A stretch of DNA of 64,000 bases. It comes from Kroppenstedtia guangzhouensis. GTDB lineage: Bacteria; Bacillota; Bacilli; Thermoactinomycetales; DSM-45169. Both the position numbers and the translations under genes were made by a program. Shown piece after piece: positions 8,600 to 17,229 of this stretch (the first letter of the stretch is position 1; each line of letters starts with the position of its first letter). The stretch is taken from NCBI RefSeq assembly GCF_014637345.1, contig NZ_BMEX01000003.1, forward strand, positions 1 through 64,000, in the 5' to 3' direction. The notes under the pieces are model-generated. The model saw only the letters and a program-made list of their open reading frames with translations, was not told the origin of the DNA and did no database searches.

Positions 8600-9122
8600 G
8601 ATCCTTCACCTCTCTTTCCGGTTGACTCAGGGGCAGAATCTGATACAGATAATGATCGCCCCGATGAAGTTCCACATAGACAAAATTTTTATCCATTCCG
8701 AGGCGGTATTGAATCCCTTCCCTTTCAGCTACCTGTTTCACTGTTTTGGGAATCATGGTGAACCGCCCATGAGCTATTCCTTCACGAATCCCGAAGACCA
8801 TCCGATTCCATGCTTCAGTAAGGGTCGCATCCGGTCGGTCGGAAAGTCGAATCTCCACCTTGCGACTGCCCCCATGGGTCAGGATGGTTTTTCTTAAAGG
8901 GATATAATCTGAAATCAATGAAAATTGGGCATCCGGTCGAAGTTGAATCGTGATGCGGTCCGGTGCCACGTCCATCTTCTCTAATTTCACATGAGCCGTC
9001 TGTTGAACTGTCTCCCGAATCGGTTTTTCTGTCTGAAACCATTGAAAACCGAAGTATCCACCGAATAATACAAAGAGGCTGACAAACAATGCCAAAACGG
9101 CGACGGGCCATCGAATCTGCAT
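8592..9122 (-). CDS. Hypothetical bitopic membrane protein (176 aa), translationally coupled to the downstream ftsH-like gene.
   Basis: N-terminal TM helix (VAVLALFVSLFVLFGGYFGF). An 8-nt overlap with the ftsH-like start. RBS GGAGG before the ATG at 9122; TATAAT-type promoter at ~9150-9200. Confidence 0.5.
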   Translation of the reverse strand: MQIRWPVAVLALFVSLFVLFGGYFGFQWFQTEKPIRETVQQTAHVKLEKMDVAPDRITIQLRPDAQFSLISDYIPLRKTILTHGGSRKVEIRLSDRPDATLTEAWNRMVFGIREGIAHGRFTMIPKTVKQVAEREGIQYRLGMDKNFVYVELHRGDHYLYQILPLSQPEREVKDHG

Positions 9123-9238
9123 CCTCCGTCAACCCCCCTTTCTACCAGCTTCTTAACGCATCGATAATAGTATATCATATTATATATACTCAAGATGTTA
9201 AGGATGAAAATGGTAACAAAAAAGAAAACCATGGTTCC

Positions 9239-9886
9239 TTATGGTTTTCCAAAATGATAAATCATCTTCTCGCCGGGCTGCCCCTTCACTTGCGGATAAA
9301 TCCCCATTCTCAGGATGGAAAGCCCATCTTGATTAGGTCGATACCACATGTGGTATCGGATCCGGAATTTCCGGCTAGCCTGGTTGGCCGCCCCCTGTTC
9401 AAAACCCTCTCCCATCCATGCGCCCAATCGATCTCCAATTTCCTCACTGGACAAAACCGCTTGCACCCCGATTAAACCCTTTTTATTCTCCGGCAGCGGC
9501 TGAATCCGCAACACCGTTGATTTGATCAGAAGAAGATGATCCCTGGGGGATAAAAGGCCAAATTGTCGGGTCTTCAGTTTTTCCGCTTGCTTTCCCCGAC
9601 TCAGAAAGATGGTATTCCCTTCTTTTCGAATACGAATCCTTTTCTCTCCATCCGGATCCTGGCTTTCCAGAAACCAGTTCACTCCTTGTTGTTTGCCGTT
9701 GAATCGCAGGGAGTGGACCGAAAGGGTAAAGGGATAGCGCGATTGATTCAACTGGCCATCGATATGCCGGAACAAGTGGAAGCGGGTCGCTTGTTCCTCT
9801 GATCCTTTCTCATGCTCCCCGTGACACCCGGAGAGTAAAACCAGGGCCAAAGTCAACAGCCACCCGGTCCAGTATCGAAGATGCAA
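9239..9886 (-). CDS. Hypothetical lipoprotein (215 aa).
   Basis: Signal peptide with lipobox LLSGC; no recognisable domain. A hairpin plus T-run follows at ~9205-9235. Confidence 0.5.
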   Translation of the reverse strand: MHLRYWTGWLLTLALVLLSGCHGEHEKGSEEQATRFHLFRHIDGQLNQSRYPFTLSVHSLRFNGKQQGVNWFLESQDPDGEKRIRIRKEGNTIFLSRGKQAEKLKTRQFGLLSPRDHLLLIKSTVLRIQPLPENKKGLIGVQAVLSSEEIGDRLGAWMGEGFEQGAANQASRKFRIRYHMWYRPNQDGLSILRMGIYPQVKGQPGEKMIYHFGKP

Positions 9887-10176
9887 GTGGCTCCCTCCCC
9901 CGCTCTTTTTTCCATTTTACTTGGCACCGATGCCAATTATCACCCCAAAGTGAAAAAGTGCATGGATAACTGACGTTGTGATGGTGATGCGCAGCAGGAA
10001 AAGCCTCATCCATCCTCAAAAAGAAAATCCCGCCGCATGTTTGCAATTTGTTTGCAAAACACGAACGGGAAAAACTTCCTAAACCAACGGTCTTAAAGAC
10101 GTGATACGTGAAAAAATGTGTTAACATAACGGAATTCCCCGGGGTGATACTATGTTTACACAAGGAGGTGAGCCAA

Positions 10177-10374
10177 TTGGAGGCTTCCCTTCCGTCCGGA
10201 TGGATCCGCGATTGCTTGCAACACCAAGTATCCGGCGAAGAACTGGAGAAGATCCAAGCCTATATGCAAGCAGAATCCTGGGCCTCTCCCGCCTTCAGGA
10301 GATGGAGAGCTTCCGTTGAAGAAGAGTCCAGGATTCCTTTGCGTTTCCACCTGGAAATCGATTTGAAAATGTAA
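10177..10374 (+). CDS. Small orphan protein (65 aa). TTG start with a near-perfect RBS.
   Basis: AAGGAGGTGA 6 nt before TTG at 10177. An upstream TTAACA...TG-TACTAT promoter-like element and a downstream GCCGCC-gatt-GGCGGC-TTTTTT terminator. Confidence 0.35.
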   Translation: MEASLPSGWIRDCLQHQVSGEELEKIQAYMQAESWASPAFRRWRASVEEESRIPLRFHLEIDLKM

Positions 10375-10427
10375 CCTATCCAGTATTTTAACGAATTTTC
10401 TCCTGCCTATACCCCCCACCATGATTT

Positions 10428-10449
10428 CCCTGCCGCCGATTGGCGGCTT
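10428..10449 (+). terminator. Intrinsic terminator GCCGCCgattGGCGGC + TTTTTT.
   Basis: Immediately 3' of the small plus-strand gene; mtaD converges on it. Confidence 0.6.
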
Positions 10450-10453
10450 TTTT

Positions 10454-11749
10454 CTAGGGGGCCACCTTTGCAAAAGCACGGTTGGCTTCAAACCGGATTT
10501 TTTCCTCATCCAAAGTGAGAAGTTCCCGGTTGCGCATCAAGGGACGACCCGCCACATAGACATCCTGCACATCATCCCGGCTCGCAGCATAAACCAGATG
10601 GGAAACCGGGTCATGTAAGGGCTGAAGATGGGCACCGTTGAGATCGATCGAGATCAAATCTGCCTGTTTTCCCGCCTCCAGTGTTCCGATCTGATCTTCC
10701 AAAAACAGAGCTTCTGCTCCGTATAGAGTTCCCATCCGGAGTGCGGTTTCAGCAGGGACGGCCTCCGGATCCCTCCGAACCCCTTTATGGATCAGTGCGG
10801 CCAGACGGACCTCCTCCATCAGATCCAGATTGTTGTTGCTGGCCGCTCCATCCGTTCCCAAGGAAGGGCGGATACCCGCTTTCAGCATCTCGGGGATGGG
10901 GGCAATTCCACTCCCCAACTTCAGGTTACTCCCCGGATTGTGGGATACTTTCACATCCTTTTCGGCCAGAATCCCGATCTCCTCAGTTGTCAGGTGGACT
11001 GCATGGGCCACCAGACAGGGACGGTCAAACACTCCCAATCTCCGGAGGTGAGCCACCGGTCGGGCATTGTAATCCCGCAGGTTTTGCTCCACCTCCGCCT
11101 GCGTTTCAGACATATGAATATGAATCGGAACCCCCAGCTCTGCAGAGTCGGCAACCAATTTTTCTATATAATCAGGTGGACAAGTGTAGGGAGCATGAGG
11201 TGCCATCATCACCGAAATGCGCCCCCCGGCGCCCCCATTCCAATCCCGGACAAAGCGGATGGCCTCCTGTCGTTTCGCCTCCTGCTCCTCCCGAGAACCC
11301 AATCCGATCACTCCCCGACACAAACTGGCCCGGATGCCGGATTGTGCGACCACATCGGCCACATCATCCATATGGTCATACATATCGGTAAAGCAAGTGG
11401 TACCGCCGCGGATCATTTCGGCCACTGCCAGGGAGGTTCCCCATCGGACCTGGCGGGGGCCAAATCTCTCTTCCATGGGCCACATCTTTTCTTCTAACCA
11501 GATTTTCAAGGGCAGATCATCGGCAAACCCTCTGAGAAGCGTCATCGCCGCGTGCCCATGGGTATTGACCCATCCGGGAAGAAGCAATCTCCCTTGCATG
11601 TTCACCACTTCGTCCGCATCAATCTCCGGGTTTCCCGTCCCCACCTGAGCGATGATTTCCCCGTCGATCAGCAACCAGGCGTTTTCCAGAGGGCGGGACT
11701 CTTCTTCTTTCATGGTCAGAATGCGGGCATGGGTTAAGAGCCGTTTCAT
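10454..11749 (-). CDS. mtaD: Amidohydrolase of the MtaD type (5-methylthioadenosine/S-adenosylhomocysteine deaminase-like).
   Basis: Metal-dependent hydrolase HxH motif (VNTHGHAAM) and an overall ~430-aa chlorohydrolase/deaminase architecture. Start MKRLLTHARIL with RBS AAGGAGG. Confidence 0.7.
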   Translation of the reverse strand: MKRLLTHARILTMKEEESRPLENAWLLIDGEIIAQVGTGNPEIDADEVVNMQGRLLLPGWVNTHGHAAMTLLRGFADDLPLKIWLEEKMWPMEERFGPRQVRWGTSLAVAEMIRGGTTCFTDMYDHMDDVADVVAQSGIRASLCRGVIGLGSREEQEAKRQEAIRFVRDWNGGAGGRISVMMAPHAPYTCPPDYIEKLVADSAELGVPIHIHMSETQAEVEQNLRDYNARPVAHLRRLGVFDRPCLVAHAVHLTTEEIGILAEKDVKVSHNPGSNLKLGSGIAPIPEMLKAGIRPSLGTDGAASNNNLDLMEEVRLAALIHKGVRRDPEAVPAETALRMGTLYGAEALFLEDQIGTLEAGKQADLISIDLNGAHLQPLHDPVSHLVYAASRDDVQDVYVAGRPLMRNRELLTLDEEKIRFEANRAFAKVAP

Positions 11750-11872
11750 GTTTTTCCTCCTTCGGTTTTGAGTCCTCACCTCCTCAACATACCCCACTTC
11801 TTTTTTCCGGACAAGGTGTTGGATTCATGGCTGCTCGAGAGGGGTACCTCTGGAAGCAGCATTGGAAGCATT

Positions 11873-11975
11873 GTGAAAAAGCCGTTCACAGGGAAGGTTG
11901 GGGTTCGTTCAGAACAACGAAACAGCCATGTGAAACCCCATCCCGACCGACCTGGCTGCCACTCATTCACAACAC
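11873..11975 (-). repeat. Copy A of a ~100-nt conserved intergenic element; candidate structured RNA or 3'UTR element.
   Basis: Shares TTCAGAACAAC...CATGTGAAACCC.ATCCCGACCG...ATTCACAAC and AAAAAGCCGTT with copy B at 29752-29871. Each copy has a different inverted-repeat partner pairing with the conserved CATGTGAAACCC. Confidence 0.5.
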
Positions 11976-11976
11976 T

Positions 11977-12870
11977 TTAGTTCTGAGAGATAAAGGATAA
12001 GATCTCTGACAGATCATAAGGATTGGTAGGGCGGCTGATCGGTGCAAAAAGATCTCCTTCCTCCTGAAGACGATGATGTACGGTCTCCAATGTAAACCGA
12101 TCCGGTGTCAGCCCCGGTTTTAACTCTTCCCACCGCAGGGGGACAGAAATGGTGGCCTCCCGCCGGGCACGCGGAGAGTATACGGTGATCAAGGATTTCC
12201 CCTTCCAATGCTGCAGATAATCAAAGTAGACCCGACTCCCCCGCTTTTTCACCTGACGCTCGATGGTGATCAAGCGTGGATTCTTATCCTTGAGATAACG
12301 GGCCACAAATTGACTGAGAATCCGGGTCTCCTCAAAAGTATGCTTGGGTTGGATCGGAACATACAGCTGAAGTCCTGTTGCACCCGAAGTTTTGACAACT
12401 CCGTCCAAACCCATGGACTGAAGAACCTCCCGAGTGAGAAGTGCCGTCTCCATCACCGCTTCAAAGCCCTCCACTGACGGATCGAGATCAAAGACAAGCT
12501 CCGTGGGATAACCCGGTCGGTCCACCCGATCGAAGGAAACATGAAATTCCAGACAGGCCAGGTTTCCCAACCAGATCAGAGTCGGGGCATCCTGCAAAAG
12601 GATGTGATTCACTTCACCGGAGCGAGCAGTCTGAACCCATCGGGGTGCATGGTCCGGAACGTTTTTTTGGTAAAAGAACTTACCATCCACCCCATCCGGA
12701 TAGCGAATCGTTGTCAGATACCGTCCCCGGGCATAAGAAAGAATCTGGGGCGCCAATCGGCTTAAATGCAAAATCCAGTCCCATTTGGTGATTTCGGGAA
12801 ATAACTTTTTATCCGGGTTCGTGATCTGAATCTTCTTTCCTTCAACTTGCACAATCCGGTTCATTGCCAC
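11977..12870 (-). CDS. ligD: NHEJ DNA polymerase/primase, a stand-alone LigD polymerase domain.
   Basis: Archaeo-eukaryotic primase-like LigD Pol domain of ~300 aa (RYPDGVDGKFFYQK..., LDGVVKTSGATGLQLYVPI). No ligase or phosphoesterase domain is fused. Confidence 0.8.
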   Translation of the reverse strand: MAMNRIVQVEGKKIQITNPDKKLFPEITKWDWILHLSRLAPQILSYARGRYLTTIRYPDGVDGKFFYQKNVPDHAPRWVQTARSGEVNHILLQDAPTLIWLGNLACLEFHVSFDRVDRPGYPTELVFDLDPSVEGFEAVMETALLTREVLQSMGLDGVVKTSGATGLQLYVPIQPKHTFEETRILSQFVARYLKDKNPRLITIERQVKKRGSRVYFDYLQHWKGKSLITVYSPRARREATISVPLRWEELKPGLTPDRFTLETVHHRLQEEGDLFAPISRPTNPYDLSEILSFISQN

Positions 12871-12974
12871 TCTCCTTTATCGAATCAGCCCAAATTAACC
12901 GGGACAAATGACCAGAAATTGATTCCGGACATATAGTGCCTGTAGAGAAAAAATCAACTCAAGGAGGAAATATC

Positions 12975-13238
12975 ATGATGTCCGAAGAGCAGCCACGCTT
13001 GGAGGGAACCTCATCCCCATTGTCACCTCATGTCTCTAGCGGTGTCCCGGGTAACTTCTACGGCACCTACGGTCTTCCGGCGGATGCTTACAATTATTCG
13101 CCTACAACCTACGATTCGGGGAATCTGCAAACCAGCCAATTTTTTCCATTTTTTGGATTCCCTTATGGTGGATTTGGCCCCTTCTACCGCCCGTTTCCCT
13201 TTTACCGTCCCTTTCCCTATCGTCCTTTCTTTTGGTGA
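12975..13238 (+). CDS. Small Tyr/Phe/Pro/Gly-rich protein (87 aa), spore-coat-like low-complexity C-terminus.
   Basis: RBS AAGGAGGA 6-7 nt before the ATG at 12975. C-terminus FFPFFGFPYGGFGPFYRPFPFYRPFPYRPFFW. A perfect terminator hairpin follows at 13247-13275. Confidence 0.45.
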   Translation: MMSEEQPRLEGTSSPLSPHVSSGVPGNFYGTYGLPADAYNYSPTTYDSGNLQTSQFFPFFGFPYGGFGPFYRPFPFYRPFPYRPFFW

Positions 13239-13246
13239 AACGGTTG

Positions 13247-13275
13247 GGAAGACCCGGTGAAAACCGGGTCTTCCC
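13247..13275. terminator. Bidirectional terminator GGGAAGACCCGGT-gaaa-ACCGGGTCTTCCC.
   Basis: Perfect 13-bp stem between the small plus-strand gene and the end of the minus-strand ligase gene. Confidence 0.7.
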
Positions 13276-13281
13276 ATTTTC

Positions 13282-14193
13282 TCATGAATCGGGGAGACGA
13301 AAACCGATCACCGCGGGGGAGCGCAGCGTCCCCTGGGGGGTCCATTCCATGTAACGTACTTCCACTCGCAACACCGGCTCCATCCAAATAGCCTGAAGAC
13401 GGGCGGGAGGCGGATTTACCACAACTGGTAACTTTCGTTTCAGGCCGGGAACAGCCTCAGTCAACAACCTCCGCTCTTTTTCATTCAACCCGGAGCTCAC
13501 ACGACCGATATATGTCCATCCGTCATCTCCTTTCAATCCCAATAGAATAGACCGTACCAGACTGCCGCGGGTTAACACGCCCACAACAGTGGCTGTCAGG
13601 GTTTGAAAATGCTTCACTTTTTGCCAAGAAGGGTGTTTCTGTCCGGGGTGGTATACACCCTTCCGTTCCTTCATCACAATTCCTTCCAACTGTTGCTGAC
13701 GGGTGGCTTCCCACAAACCCGGACCGTCACTAAAACTGTCACAAAGGTGCAGGGTGGTTGAATTCGGAGGGATCAATCCGGTCAGAATCTCCAATCGATG
13801 AGTCAAAGGCTCTTTCATCAAATTACGTCCGTCCAAGGACAAAAGATCAAAAACCATGTATTGAACAGGAATCTTGTCCATGATGGATCGGAGCCTGTTC
13901 AGGTCCGACAAGAGTTCTCGCTTTAACACCCGAAAAAAATCCGGTCGTCCCTCTTGAAGTACGATCACTTCCCCGTCCAAGATCGTCGATTTGCAAGAAA
14001 GTCCGGCCATCTCCTTTGTCAGTTCAGGGTACCAGAGAGTCCTGCACCGTTGTTTCCGATTGAAAAGCTCAACTTGGCCCCGTTCCAAAAAAGCCAGCAT
14101 TCGGATCCCATCCCATTTCACCTGATACAGCCAATCTTCGGATGCAAACACTTCTCTTCGGGGAACCGGTTCCATGGGAGCGATAATTGTCAC
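13282..14193 (-). CDS. ligD: ATP-dependent DNA ligase, a stand-alone LigD ligase domain.
   Basis: Adenylation motif KWDGIR (KxDG) and an OB-domain region; ~300 aa with no fused Pol or PE domains. Confidence 0.85.
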   Translation of the reverse strand: MTIIAPMEPVPRREVFASEDWLYQVKWDGIRMLAFLERGQVELFNRKQRCRTLWYPELTKEMAGLSCKSTILDGEVIVLQEGRPDFFRVLKRELLSDLNRLRSIMDKIPVQYMVFDLLSLDGRNLMKEPLTHRLEILTGLIPPNSTTLHLCDSFSDGPGLWEATRQQQLEGIVMKERKGVYHPGQKHPSWQKVKHFQTLTATVVGVLTRGSLVRSILLGLKGDDGWTYIGRVSSGLNEKERRLLTEAVPGLKRKLPVVVNPPPARLQAIWMEPVLRVEVRYMEWTPQGTLRSPAVIGFRLPDS

Positions 14194-14279
14194 TTGGGTT
14201 CACCCGCCTTTTTGATTCCAGCATGCCTCACATCGGAATGGAAAAGCCCTCCCACCGAATAGGCTTTGAATTGGAGGTG

Positions 14280-14450
14280 ATGAAAAGTATGCCAACACTT
14301 CTCGTCCAGATTGCCCTGATTGTGATTTTGGTCCGGTCTGTATACCGGGTGATCCGTTCCTTCCAGGCGTCCAAACCCGATTGGATGGAGGTGGCATTCA
14401 AACTGGCAGTGGCGATCGTCGCTTTGTGGTGGTTGATGGACTTCTTTTAG
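14280..14450 (+). CDS. Small hydrophobic membrane protein (~56 aa).
   Basis: GGAGGTG RBS followed by MKSMPTLLVQIALIVILV... with two predicted TM segments. The exact start is ambiguous (ATG at 14280 or 14289). Confidence 0.35.
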   Translation: MKSMPTLLVQIALIVILVRSVYRVIRSFQASKPDWMEVAFKLAVAIVALWWLMDFF

Positions 14451-14533
14451 GGCGAGTCCCGTGTTTATTGGACCCCACGTATGAAATAGACACTCGGACC
14501 ATAGACATGTATTATCCGGGAGGCGGAAAAATC

Positions 14534-14854
14534 ATGGATTTATCATGGAAACAAACCCTGATCCAGACTCTGCTGGTAACGGTGATTGCGGTGAACATGA
14601 TGTGGGTGGGATTGTTGGTCGCCCGCAGCCAGTTGGAGCCTGCCGGGACAGCACCTGTCGTGGGCCAACCCGGTTCTCCGGCTTCCCAAAAAGAGTTTCG
14701 CCTGAGATATGAAGGAGTCACCAGAGAAGGAGCGTGGGAGGTGGAGCATTACCGGATGATCGAAATCATTCGCGATGCTAAGGGCGAAAAAATCCGGACG
14801 CGTCCCGCCGGTGAAGAGACCCACCTTCGGTATTGGAAAGGGGATTCCTCCTGA
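14534..14854 (+). CDS. Hypothetical membrane-anchored protein (106 aa).
   Basis: RBS GGGAGGCGG 7 nt before ATG at 14534; one N-terminal TM helix (LIQTLLVTVIAVNMMWVGLLVA); no known domain. Confidence 0.4.
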   Translation: MDLSWKQTLIQTLLVTVIAVNMMWVGLLVARSQLEPAGTAPVVGQPGSPASQKEFRLRYEGVTREGAWEVEHYRMIEIIRDAKGEKIRTRPAGEETHLRYWKGDSS

Positions 14855-14860
14855 CAGTCG

Positions 14861-15670
14861 CTATCTCGCGGCTGTTTTCTTTTTTCTTGGCTTCTTTTTC
14901 TTTTTCCCGGATTGTTCCAGACTCGCCTTTAAAGCCTCCATCAGATCGACTACCCGCTCCGGTTGACGCTCGGGAGCTTCCACAATTTCTTCTCCTTTGA
15001 TTTTTTTCTCGATGGCCTCTTCCACCGCCTGCCGATACTCATCCCGATATTTTTCAGGATCAAATGCTGTCGTCAGCTGATCAATCAGCTGTTTGGCCAT
15101 TTCCATCTCCTTTTCCGGCAATTCTACCCCTGCGGGAACCTCCGGCACTTGGGCAACATCCCGGACCTCATCGGGATAAAAGATGGTTTCCATCACCAGG
15201 CAACTTTGATGAACACGCACCACCGCCAGGGATTGTTTGGATCGGATCGTGATTTTGGCCACCCCGATCTTTCCCGTTTCGGCCATCGCGTCCCGCAACA
15301 GCGAATAGGCGTGATTCCCGTGATCTCCGGGACCGAGATAATAGGATTTATCATAATAAATGGGATCGATCTCCTCCAGTTTGACAAAATCCAGGATCTC
15401 GATCGCCTTTCGGTTTTCCGGCAGGATGGCTTCCATTTCCTCTTTTTTCATCAGAACAAATTGGTTATCAGCGTATTCATACCCCTTGACCACTTCCTCC
15501 CAGGGAACCTCGGTATCACAGGTGGGGCAATACCGGGAATACTTGATCGGGGTTTTGCACTTTTCATGGAGACTGCGAAAGGAGATGCTTTTATCCTGAG
15601 TGGCCGAAAACAGACGGACCGGAATATGGACCAGACCGAAGCTGATGGCTCCTTTCCAGATGGTGTGCAC
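14861..15670 (-). CDS. ku: Ku protein, the NHEJ DNA end-binding protein.
   Basis: N-terminus MHTIWKGAISFGLVHIPVRLFSA matches the bacterial Ku core; lysine-rich C-terminal tail KKKKPRKKK. Confidence 0.9.
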   Translation of the reverse strand: MHTIWKGAISFGLVHIPVRLFSATQDKSISFRSLHEKCKTPIKYSRYCPTCDTEVPWEEVVKGYEYADNQFVLMKKEEMEAILPENRKAIEILDFVKLEEIDPIYYDKSYYLGPGDHGNHAYSLLRDAMAETGKIGVAKITIRSKQSLAVVRVHQSCLVMETIFYPDEVRDVAQVPEVPAGVELPEKEMEMAKQLIDQLTTAFDPEKYRDEYRQAVEEAIEKKIKGEEIVEAPERQPERVVDLMEALKASLEQSGKKKKKPRKKKTAAR

Positions 15671-15682
15671 GGATGATCCCCC

Positions 15683-17071
15683 CTAACGGCCGATGGCATC
15701 AGCCTTCGGCAGAATTCCTTCCCAACATTGACGGGATTCTTCTCTCCGCCCCTTCAACAGATGACAGAGACCCTCAAAGAAAATAGGTTCTTCCCACTTG
15801 GGAGAAAGCTCCCGGGCGTTCTGAAAGGCGATCCCCGCTTTTTCGGGATCCCGTTTTTCCAGGAGAACCCGCCCCAACTGGTAGTATCCCAAGGAACGGG
15901 CCACAGTATCCCGTGTTTCGATCACCTGGCGGGCAATGGCTTCCGCTCCATCAAAATCTCCGCTGTGGACGGACAATCGGGAACGGAGAATTAACCACAA
16001 GGGATCTTCAAGCAGACTTGTGGGAAGACCGGACCATACCTTTTTTACCTGATCCGAGTCACCGATTTGCAAAAGGTACCAGACGTAAGTAAACAGGAGG
16101 TCCCGATTCCCCGCTTCCAGTGTCAAACCCTTTTTCAGGTATGCCATGGCTCTTTCCCTTTGCCCCAAAACCCACAGGTTCCAGCTCAACCCGTGATACG
16201 CCCTGACGTTTTTCGGATCTGCATTTATCAATTTCCGGTACCATGGGATCGCTTGCCGGGGTTCTCCTCGCTCCTCAAAGTGACGGGCGATCGATTCCAC
16301 CACCACCGGATGCCGGGTTTTCTGATATGTGGCCATTCTCCAATATGAAACACTGTCATCATGTCCCAGCTTTTCATAACAACAGGAAAGGTAATACATT
16401 GCCTCCCAATCTTCCTCATCAACCCGCAAGGCATGGAAAAAAATCGGGATCGCCTCATGATAATAACCCAATCGATAATGACAAGCCCCCAGGTTGAACC
16501 AGGTGTCCCCCCTCTCCTCATCCAGATTCAACGCCCGCGTGAATTGGCGAATAGCAAGTTCATCCTCTTCCTGACGGACATGGATGCACCCCAGCATGTG
16601 ATGGGCAAAAGCGTTGAATCGGGGGATCTCCGAGGTTTGGGTCACCAATTGAAATTGACGGCGGGCTTCCTCCAGATTTTCCTGCTGAAAATCACTTAAG
16701 CCCAAGTACAATCGACCCAACAGAAATTCAGGTTCCTTTTCAACCACTTCATGAAAGTAAGGCCGGGCCTCCCCGAACATTTTCAGCTGGTAATATCCCT
16801 GTCCTTGACGGAAGGTTCGCACCACCTGACTGTCCAGAAAAAACTCACCGCTGATTTCCTCTTCTTCCTCCGCCAATTCCGGATGTTGTTTGAGAATGGA
16901 GGCCACTTGTTCCTCCAATACAGCCCAACCTTCCAATAATGAATGGGTATGTTGATGGATTTTTTGAAACTCCGTCCGCAGTTGGCTGCGCTCCTCCGGG
17001 GCGGAGTTCCCAAAGGTTTCAGCAATCTGGGACAGGTGTTTTTGCATTTCTTGCAACCAGGGTTGTAACAT
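15683..17071 (-). CDS. TPR-repeat protein (463 aa) immediately upstream of ku.
   Basis: Multiple TPR-like W/Y-LG-Y-A-P motifs (AYHGLSWNLWVLG, YYQLGRVLLEK, WFNLGACHYRLGYYHEA). Start MLQPWLQEMQ with RBS AGGAGGTG; the gap to the ku start is only 12 nt. Confidence 0.7.
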   Translation of the reverse strand: MLQPWLQEMQKHLSQIAETFGNSAPEERSQLRTEFQKIHQHTHSLLEGWAVLEEQVASILKQHPELAEEEEEISGEFFLDSQVVRTFRQGQGYYQLKMFGEARPYFHEVVEKEPEFLLGRLYLGLSDFQQENLEEARRQFQLVTQTSEIPRFNAFAHHMLGCIHVRQEEDELAIRQFTRALNLDEERGDTWFNLGACHYRLGYYHEAIPIFFHALRVDEEDWEAMYYLSCCYEKLGHDDSVSYWRMATYQKTRHPVVVESIARHFEERGEPRQAIPWYRKLINADPKNVRAYHGLSWNLWVLGQRERAMAYLKKGLTLEAGNRDLLFTYVWYLLQIGDSDQVKKVWSGLPTSLLEDPLWLILRSRLSVHSGDFDGAEAIARQVIETRDTVARSLGYYQLGRVLLEKRDPEKAGIAFQNARELSPKWEEPIFFEGLCHLLKGRREESRQCWEGILPKADAIGR

Positions 17072-17177
17072 CTTTTCACCTCCTTTTCGATTGGTTTGGC
17101 TTTTAAGTAGTCTCTCCACAGAAACTAAAAAAATGATCCCTTGTCATCCTCGGATGGGGATTTGCCTCCATGCACAA

Positions 17178-17210
17178 AGCCCTTGCCATTGGGCAAGGGC
17201 TTTGTCTTTA
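17178..17210. terminator. Hairpin AAAGCCCTTGCC-caat-GGCAAGGGCTTTG followed by TCTTT.
   Basis: Between the TPR-gene promoter region and the panD 3' end. Confidence 0.5.
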
Positions 17211-17229
17211 ATACAAACTGATTTACGAT

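Noticed and set aside
9887-10107. TTTGCAATTTGTTTGCAAA near-palindrome upstream of the lipoprotein gene, considered as a transcription-factor operator.
   Set aside because: Only a partial dyad, two TTGCAA hexamers, with no second copy elsewhere in the window. Insufficient evidence to call a site.
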